From the NCBI GenBank assembly GCA_001776785.1, contig MFDF01000008.1, forward strand, positions 103,097 through 167,096: 64,000 nucleotides of DNA, in the 5' to 3' direction. Made by a program: the position numbers and the translations under genes. The notes under the pieces were generated by a model, which saw nothing but the letters and a program-made list of their open reading frames with translations, searched no databases and was not told where the DNA came from. The stretch is from Candidatus Daviesbacteria bacterium RIFCSPHIGHO2_12_FULL_37_16. GTDB lineage: Bacteria > Patescibacteriota > Microgenomatia > Daviesbacterales > UBA10151. This document shows positions 55,947 through 64,000 of the stretch, one piece after another (position 1 is the first letter of the stretch; every line of letters begins with the position of its first letter).

Positions 55947-56450
55947 ATGCAAAAAATTAAAAATTATTTAGAGAAAACAAAATCTTACTCAACCTTGAGG
56001 TTTATTTTGGAGATGACTTTTTTGGCATTTTTGTTAAAAATCCTTCTTTCTTTAGTTGTGGGAATTATTTTTACAATGCTTAATATACCCAATGATCCTA
56101 ACTTAAGCTTTGAAACAGAACTTTTAAAATTTAACCCAATTTTAATTTTAATTTTTGTGGTGTTCTTTGCCTCATTTGAAACCATCACCTCCCAGTGGTT
56201 TATCCTCTGGCTCTCTTCAAAATTTACTAAAAGTATTTTTACTCAAATTATGGTTTCATCAACAGTCTTTGGAATCCTGCACTTTGACCCAGCTTTTTCA
56301 ATAATAGTTATCCCTATTGGAATGATTTTGGCCTGGAGCTTTTTAATTTACAGAAAAAAATCTCTCTGGTCTGCCCTTTGGGTCACAACAGCAATCCATA
56401 TCCTCCACAACCTGGCAGCAGCTTATCTTCTATATTTATCTATTATTTAA
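55947..56450 (+). CDS. CPBP-family intramembrane metalloprotease (CAAX-protease/Abi-like)
   Basis: Polytopic. FxxxH (GILHF) and HxxxN (HILHNLAA) motifs in the last two helices. Confidence 0.45.
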   Translation: MQKIKNYLEKTKSYSTLRFILEMTFLAFLLKILLSLVVGIIFTMLNIPNDPNLSFETELLKFNPILILIFVVFFASFETITSQWFILWLSSKFTKSIFTQIMVSSTVFGILHFDPAFSIIVIPIGMILAWSFLIYRKKSLWSALWVTTAIHILHNLAAAYLLYLSII

Positions 56451-57783
56451 AAACTCTCTCCAAAGCTTCATTGAATTTTCTCCCCCTGTCAAATTCATTT
56501 TGGAAAAGGTTAAATGATGTAGCCCCTGGAGAAAATAAAACTGTATCTCCCATTTTGACCTCAAGTCTTAGGTCTTTTAATAATTTAGTTAAGTCATCAT
56601 AGTTGCTTCTTAAAATATCCCTGTGTTTAATAAATTTTCTTAACTCATCTGTAGCATCACCCTCTAAAAAATAAACAGCTTTTGCTGATCTGTCTATCTG
56701 ATGGGCCATCTGATCATAATTAAGACCTTTGTTCATTCCCCCGCATATCAAAATTGCATTATTAAAAGTTTTTAGAGCAGATATGGCAGCATCAGGAGTT
56801 GTAGCAGCGCTGTCATTATAGATTTTAACTCCGTTAAAAATCTTAATTAGCTGGGTCCTAAACTCTACCCCTTCAAATTCTTCAAATGCAGTGATAATTT
56901 TTTCTTTGGGAATATCAAATTTCTTAGAAACTGCAAATGCAGCAGCAAAATTTTCTAAGTTATGTTCCCCCCTTAGCTTTGGTTTAAAACCTTTTGGTAA
57001 ATCTTTTTTTGAGTATTTAATTATTTTTCCATTAAAACCCTTTAAAAACTTGGGATTATTAACTGTTTTACTGTCTGCATTAATGAAAAGAAAATCTTTC
57101 TCAGTTTGATACTTCGCGATTATTCTTTTCGCACTAATATATTCATCCATATCTTTGTAATAATTTAAATGGTCTGGAAATATATTTGTAATAATTGCAA
57201 AATAAGGAGAGACTTTTTTATCTTCAAATGCTTCCAGCTGAAAAGATGAAATTTCCAAAATAACCAGGGTTTTTGGGTTAATTTTATCTAAACTATCCAA
57301 AACAGACTTCCCTATATTCCCAGCCAAAATTACATTTGTCTTGTCTGATGACTGACGTCTGATTACTGACGACTCTTTCAGCGCCTCATATATTAATGAT
57401 GCAGTTGTAGATTTTCCTTTAGTTCCTGTTACTCCAATTATCTGTTTAGGATTTACAAACTCTAAAAAAATTCCTATGTCTGTTTGAATCTCTTTCCCTT
57501 GTTTTTTTGCATATTCTAAAAATTCATTCCCGGGTTTTATTGCCTGGTTTCTAATTATCAAATCAGCCCAGTCAATATCCCCCATCCTGTGTCCCTCTAA
57601 AACATACTCAATCTCACTAAATTCAAAAAGTTTTTCTAAAGAGGGTTTTAAAACCTTTGCATCCTTTAAATCTGTAACTCTAACCCTGGCTCCAGCTTTG
57701 GCAAAAAATTTGGCAGCCCCCACTCCCCCATCATTCAATCCTAATCCCAAAATTAATACTTTTTTATCTTTATAATTCTTCAT
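56443..57783 (-). CDS. murD: UDP-N-acetylmuramoylalanine--D-glutamate ligase
   Basis: KVLILGLGLNDGGVGAAKFFAKAGARV Rossmann N-domain, P-loop GVTGTKGKSTTASLI, Mur ligase C-domain. Confidence 0.8.
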   Translation of the reverse strand: MKNYKDKKVLILGLGLNDGGVGAAKFFAKAGARVRVTDLKDAKVLKPSLEKLFEFSEIEYVLEGHRMGDIDWADLIIRNQAIKPGNEFLEYAKKQGKEIQTDIGIFLEFVNPKQIIGVTGTKGKSTTASLIYEALKESSVIRRQSSDKTNVILAGNIGKSVLDSLDKINPKTLVILEISSFQLEAFEDKKVSPYFAIITNIFPDHLNYYKDMDEYISAKRIIAKYQTEKDFLFINADSKTVNNPKFLKGFNGKIIKYSKKDLPKGFKPKLRGEHNLENFAAAFAVSKKFDIPKEKIITAFEEFEGVEFRTQLIKIFNGVKIYNDSAATTPDAAISALKTFNNAILICGGMNKGLNYDQMAHQIDRSAKAVYFLEGDATDELRKFIKHRDILRSNYDDLTKLLKDLRLEVKMGDTVLFSPGATSFNLFQNEFDRGRKFNEALERVFK

Positions 57784-58336
57784 TCTTTAAATATTCAGCT
57801 AACTTCTCTAATGCTATTCTTCTTGGTGAAGATATAAAATAATCCTTTACTTCCATCTCTGCTCTAGTTTGCTTAAATCCCTCTGGAATAAAAATTGAAT
57901 CAAATCCAAATCCATTCTCACCTCTGGGTTTGTCTGCAAGATTACCCTTAATCACACCCTGAAAGATATGAACTTTTACTCCATCATGATAACCCAAAGA
58001 TGTAGTAGCTGAAGCAGCTCTATTTCTGTTATCCAAAAGCTCACAAATCTTTTTATTGCCAATCTCCTGATGAAAATATTTAATAAAAGGACCTGGCAGA
58101 GCCCCAAATTCTTCAATAACTATAGATGTATCCTCAACCAAAACTGGAGCTTTTAATAGCTTAAATGCCTCACTAACTTTATGCTCTATTACTTCTTTTG
58201 GGTCCAGAGACTGAATTTCATGAAGTTCTAAGCTTTTATGGGAAACAGGATAACTAAGCATCTTACTCACCTGATCTGCCTTTCCCTGGTGGCTAGTTAT
58301 AAGTGTAATTTTTTTATGCTTTAAATCTTTAATCAT
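57770..58336 (-). CDS. non-canonical purine NTP pyrophosphatase (RdgB/HAM1 family)
   Basis: VLVEDTSIVIEEFGALPGP...GFGFDSIFIPEGFKQTRAEM...ISSPRRIAL, the ITPase motifs. Confidence 0.7.
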   Translation of the reverse strand: MIKDLKHKKITLITSHQGKADQVSKMLSYPVSHKSLELHEIQSLDPKEVIEHKVSEAFKLLKAPVLVEDTSIVIEEFGALPGPFIKYFHQEIGNKKICELLDNRNRAASATTSLGYHDGVKVHIFQGVIKGNLADKPRGENGFGFDSIFIPEGFKQTRAEMEVKDYFISSPRRIALEKLAEYLKNEEL

Positions 58337-58342
58337 TAATCC

Positions 58343-59650
58343 TCAATCCTCAATCACTCTTCTACCAATCTTATCAACATCTCCAGCTCCCATGAAAAAT
58401 ACTACATCCCCACCCCTTATTGCTACTTTTAAAAACCCCTCTACCTCATCTTTGGGTCCCAAGTATGACACAGTGGCCTTCCCAATTGCATCTACTAACT
58501 CTTTAGAAGATGTTAACCCTATATCTTTTTCTCTTGATGGATAGATATCAATAATAAAAGTCTGGTCAATAGGAAGATCCTGAAAAACTTTCACAAAGTC
58601 ATCAAACAAAGCTTTAGTCCTGGTAAACATATGTGGCTCATAAAGTAAAACTATCCTTTTTTCTTTAAATTTTTCTCTGGCTGCCTCCATTGTTTTTCTA
58701 ATCTCAGTTGGATGGTGACCAAAATCAGAATATATTTGTGCTCCCCTAAATTCCCCAATAAACTCAAATCTTCTGCCCAAACCTGCATAAGAAGATAAAC
58801 TTTGGGAAATTGTCTGGGGATCTAAACTTAATGATAAACCTAACTGGAATACAGCACTAGCATTTAATTTATTAAAATCCCCTGGAACCTTTAGATTTAA
58901 ATTTAGTATGTGTTTTGAATAATCTATTACTGTCACAGGAGAGTCTTTCATCACATCTTTAATAATGTCTGCAACATTAGGGTCTTCTAAATTTGCAATA
59001 ATAATTTTTTTAGTTTGAGCTAAAAAATTCCTGAAAGATTTTTTGACATCCTCTATATCTTTAAAATATTCTGGATGGTCCATTTCAATATTGGTAATAA
59101 TTGTGATATCTGGTTTGTAAAACTGGAAATTATCATTATATTCATCTGCCTCTGTTATAAAAAATTTGGATTTACCAACCCTGAAATTTTTGCCCCAACT
59201 GGGAACTATTGCCCCAAGTTCTACAGTTGGGTCCAAATTTGCATCCCCTAAAAGTTTGGCACTCATTGCAGTCACAGTAGACTTACCATGAGTCCCACAA
59301 ACTGCAATCAAAAATTTATCTTTGTGCAAATACTCCCCCATAAACTCCTGCCAGGTTAATACAGGTATATTTAATTTCTTTGCTGCTAAAAGTTCTGGAT
59401 TATTGGCATCCAAAGAAAAAATTGCTGGAGTCACAATAAGTAAATCCACTTTATTAGAAGATTCACTCCCGTAGTGGCCACTCAAATGCTCAGGACTATG
59501 GCCTTTAAACTTGACACATCCGATGTGTAAAGTAAATTCATTATCAGGCTCAAGGTCACAGCCGCTCACTTCAAATCCCTGAGCTTGAGCTATTGCTGCT
59601 GCACCAGATGCCCCACTCCCCCCAATTCCCAAAAAATGTATCTTCTTCAT
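58343..59650 (-). CDS. murC: UDP-N-acetylmuramate--L-alanine ligase
   Basis: IHFLGIGGSGASGAAAIAQAQGFEVSGCDL and P-loop AVCGTHGKSTVTAM. Confidence 0.8.
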   Translation of the reverse strand: MKKIHFLGIGGSGASGAAAIAQAQGFEVSGCDLEPDNEFTLHIGCVKFKGHSPEHLSGHYGSESSNKVDLLIVTPAIFSLDANNPELLAAKKLNIPVLTWQEFMGEYLHKDKFLIAVCGTHGKSTVTAMSAKLLGDANLDPTVELGAIVPSWGKNFRVGKSKFFITEADEYNDNFQFYKPDITIITNIEMDHPEYFKDIEDVKKSFRNFLAQTKKIIIANLEDPNVADIIKDVMKDSPVTVIDYSKHILNLNLKVPGDFNKLNASAVFQLGLSLSLDPQTISQSLSSYAGLGRRFEFIGEFRGAQIYSDFGHHPTEIRKTMEAAREKFKEKRIVLLYEPHMFTRTKALFDDFVKVFQDLPIDQTFIIDIYPSREKDIGLTSSKELVDAIGKATVSYLGPKDEVEGFLKVAIRGGDVVFFMGAGDVDKIGRRVIED

Positions 59651-59656
59651 GAAGTA

Positions 59657-59662
59657 ATTATA
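59657..59662 (-). promoter_or_regulatory. perfect -10 hexamer TATAAT 6 nt upstream of the murC ATG (likely leaderless transcript)
   Basis: The minus strand reads ...TACTATAAT TACTTC ATG, i.e. an extended -10-like TAnTATAAT with no room for an SD. Confidence 0.35.
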
Positions 59663-59718
59663 GTATTATTTAAAGGTCATTGCGAGCGTAGCGAAGCAAT
59701 CTAGCAACAAAATAAGTC

Positions 59719-60009
59719 CTATTTTTTCCAAGGATTACCAGGAGGTTCTTCACTTAACAATCCAGCCGCTTCTTCCTTATTAAGAATTTTCCAATCTACA
59801 TCTAAAAAATCTTTCGGTATCATACGTGAGCGTGTTACACCTACAAAACTGAGGATTCTATCAATATCACCGAAAAATTTAGTTACATTTTCTCCCTCTA
59901 AACATGCAATTTCACCATCTTCATATTGGTAAATTACTCGCACTAAACTTTCAGTAGGTTTTAGATCTCTGTGAGGTATTTCTCTACCTGTATTTTCTTT
60001 TTCTTGCAT
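59719..60009 (-). CDS. hypothetical protein
   Basis: 96-aa ORF between gyrB and murC. Confidence 0.3.
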   Translation of the reverse strand: MQEKENTGREIPHRDLKPTESLVRVIYQYEDGEIACLEGENVTKFFGDIDRILSFVGVTRSRMIPKDFLDVDWKILNKEEAAGLLSEEPPGNPWKK

Positions 60010-60047
60010 AACTCAATCCTGTTGAACAGATATTATTTCTAATTTAT

Positions 60048-62096
<2,049 letters not shown>

Positions 62097-62209
62097 TTAT
62101 TGCAAACTAATACATTCAAATTAGCTTGTTATATCAGTCCAAACTCAATGATTAATGATTAAAGATGAAAGATTAAGGATTCTATTCATCAATCATTATT
62201 CATTAATCT

Positions 62210-62875
62210 TTAATCACCTACTGGAAGCTCCAGCATCAAATACTCCAAAATCCCCCTTATCCCCACATTTGCCCCTGCCCACTCTTCAGCTTCTATTAGT
62301 TTTTTTGCAAACTCCAAGTTTTTTTTATCCTCCAGCTTCTCTCCTCTAAAATAATTTGTTAAAGCCCTCAAAAATCCTTCCTTATCCTCTGTTTTTTCTA
62401 CAAATTCAAATCTTTCTTCTAGAGTCATTTTCTGAAGTTTCTCAATGTCATTCTGAGCCGCAGGCGAAGAATATAAATTCATATCCTTCACTTCGTTCAG
62501 GATGACAATCTCACACCTAGACAGAATTGTTGGTATCAACTGATCTTCCTTCTCTACCCCCAGAATTATCACTGCTTCCTCAGGAGGTTCCTCTAAAGTC
62601 TTTAAAAGGGAATTTTGTGCTTCAGGAGTAAAATTTTGGGCACTTTCTATAAAAACTCCTCTTCCTTTAGTAGAGTAAGGCTTTAAACTTAAATGTTCTC
62701 TAACCCTTTTAGAAGCCTCAACCCCCAACCTTTCTTCATTATTTATATATAAAACATCAGGATGGTCTGTTTTTAAGTCATGTTCACCTAAAATCTTCAG
62801 AAACTCTTCCTGCCTTATATTAAGATCTGGAGAAATAAAAATCCTTGCAATCACAAAAAGGATTATATCACCCAA
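62210..62875 (-). CDS. DNA polymerase III delta-prime-like clamp-loader subunit (no Walker A)
   Basis: AQNSLLKTLEEPP...TILSRC, the sensor-1/SRC motif of clamp-loader subunits. The exact start is uncertain. Confidence 0.5.
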   Translation of the reverse strand: MGDIILFVIARIFISPDLNIRQEEFLKILGEHDLKTDHPDVLYINNEERLGVEASKRVREHLSLKPYSTKGRGVFIESAQNFTPEAQNSLLKTLEEPPEEAVIILGVEKEDQLIPTILSRCEIVILNEVKDMNLYSSPAAQNDIEKLQKMTLEERFEFVEKTEDKEGFLRALTNYFRGEKLEDKKNLEFAKKLIEAEEWAGANVGIRGILEYLMLELPVGD

Positions 62876-62947
62876 AAACTAATTGACACAGGAGCTTTAA
62901 AATGAGAATAATGTATATAGTCCCACCTGCCCTGGGATACTGTCCAC

Positions 62948-64000
62948 ATGGATCAATCACAAATAAACATTACTGATATTTTATTAAAATCAGGAGTTCT
63001 CAACTCTGATCAGGTTTCCGCAGTCAATTTAGAAAGTATAAACACTGGCCAGCCCATTGAAAAGATCATTTTAGACCACAAATTTGCCTCACAGGAAGAC
63101 ATTGCAAAAGCCAGGGCCCAGACTTTGGGTATCCCATTTGTATCTTCCCAGCAGATGGAAAATATAGCTATAGAGTCAGAAATCCTTAATTCAGTTCCTG
63201 AAACTGTTGCCAGAAGGTATAAATTAGTGCCTTTTAGAATGGATTCAGATGGACTAGCCATTATCATGACAGATCCGCTAGATCTCCAGGTTGTCCAGTT
63301 TATAGAAAAAAAGACTGGCAAAAAGGTCAAGCGCTACATGGGTCTTCCTGCAAATATTATTAATGTAATAAATGATCAGTACTCTCAAAATTTAACCACT
63401 GAAGTTGTCTCAGCCTTGAAAGAAGTTACATCATTAAACCCTGAAGAGAAAAAGGAGTCAGAGTTTGATACTGCTGAAGTTATCAGGGAAGCGCCAGTAG
63501 CCAACATAGTCACCCAGCTTCTGGAGTACGCAGTCCGCACCAAAGCCTCAGATATCCATATTGAGCCTGAGGAGGAACAAACCAGAGTCCGTTACAGGAT
63601 TGATGGAATCCTCCATGAAAAGATTCTGCTTCCCAGAAAAGTCCATGATGCAGTTATCTCCAGGATAAAAATTATGTCCGCTATGAAGATTGATGAAAAA
63701 AGACTCCCCCAGGACGGCAGGTTTACCTTTTCAGAAAATGATCGGGATATTGATTTAAGGGTTTCCACCCTGCCAACTGTCTTTGGAGAAAAAGTAGTTT
63801 TAAGGCTTCTGCCAAAATCAGAAAAACCACCTACCCTTGGGGATTTAGGTTTAAGGGCAGCTGCATTAAAGAACCTTGAAAGCCAAATGCTCAGGACCCA
63901 CGGAATCATTTTGATCTGCGGGCCAACTGGATCAGGTAAAACTACTTCGCTTTATTCAATTCTTTCAAAACTTTCAACCACCAGGGTCAATATCTTAACA
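62948..64000 (+). CDS. type IV pilus / type II secretion assembly ATPase (PilB/GspE family), 3' end outside the window
   Basis: ATG at 62948. The N-terminal T2SSE_N-like domain reads (RYKLVPFRMDSDGLAIIMTDPLDLQVV), followed by Walker A LICGPTGSGKTTSLYS. Missing from the ORF track because it runs off the window. The minus-strand ORFs 63010..63330 and 63592..63909 are antisense to it. Confidence 0.8.
   Translation, partial: MDQSQINITDILLKSGVLNSDQVSAVNLESINTGQPIEKIILDHKFASQEDIAKARAQTLGIPFVSSQQMENIAIESEILNSVPETVARRYKLVPFRMDSDGLAIIMTDPLDLQVVQFIEKKTGKKVKRYMGLPANIINVINDQYSQNLTTEVVSALKEVTSLNPEEKKESEFDTAEVIREAPVANIVTQLLEYAVRTKASDIHIEPEEEQTRVRYRIDGILHEKILLPRKVHDAVISRIKIMSAMKIDEKRLPQDGRFTFSENDRDIDLRVSTLPTVFGEKVVLRLLPKSEKPPTLGDLGLRAAALKNLESQMLRTHGIILICGPTGSGKTTSLYSILSKLSTTRVNILT

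Noticed and set aside
63010-63909. Two minus-strand ORFs (106 and 105 aa) at the right end of the window
   Set aside because: A plus-strand PilB/GspE-type ATPase gene starting at 62948 covers this region, with T2SSE N-domain and Walker A GPTGSGKTT. The minus-strand ORFs are antisense artefacts.

Overview
This 64 kb window is AT-rich, gene-dense and almost entirely coding. It mixes housekeeping genes with cell-envelope genes; most identified genes are in the feature list. The short intergenic regions, weak Shine-Dalgarno signals, orphan single-domain response regulators and many small membrane proteins suggest a small-genome bacterium of the Candidate Phyla Radiation (Patescibacteria) type; this is inference. 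RNA genes: one tRNA-Leu(CAA) on the minus strand. Pseudogene: a frameshifted, truncated ddl between eno and the CAAX-protease-like gene. No CRISPR array, rRNA or clear transposase. The standout region is 27.8-38.9 kb. After a ~1 kb non-coding leader with direct repeats come two paralogous giant genes (1172 and 1179 aa). Each product has an N-terminal signal anchor, Pro/Thr-rich linkers, FN3-like modules, a right-handed beta-helix (pectate-lyase-fold) region in giant 1, Cys-bounded thrombospondin-type-3-like calcium-binding repeats, and a conserved C-terminal module ending in a duplicated dockerin-like calcium-binding segment. Giant 1 also ends in a cohesin-like module. Two membrane-anchored cohesin-like proteins follow, then a Xer-type tyrosine recombinase, a DUF360/holin-like membrane protein and a Ca2+-type P-type ATPase. 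I interpret this as a previously undescribed cellulosome-like cohesin-dockerin surface-assembly system for giant adhesin or glycanase-like proteins. Other notable items are a Tam41/Mmp37-like nucleotidyltransferase (normally mitochondrial), tandem T4-dNMP-kinase-like P-loop kinases beside the tRNA, an aspartokinase without ACT domains, two palindromic operators in a divergent promoter, and a likely leaderless murC promoter.
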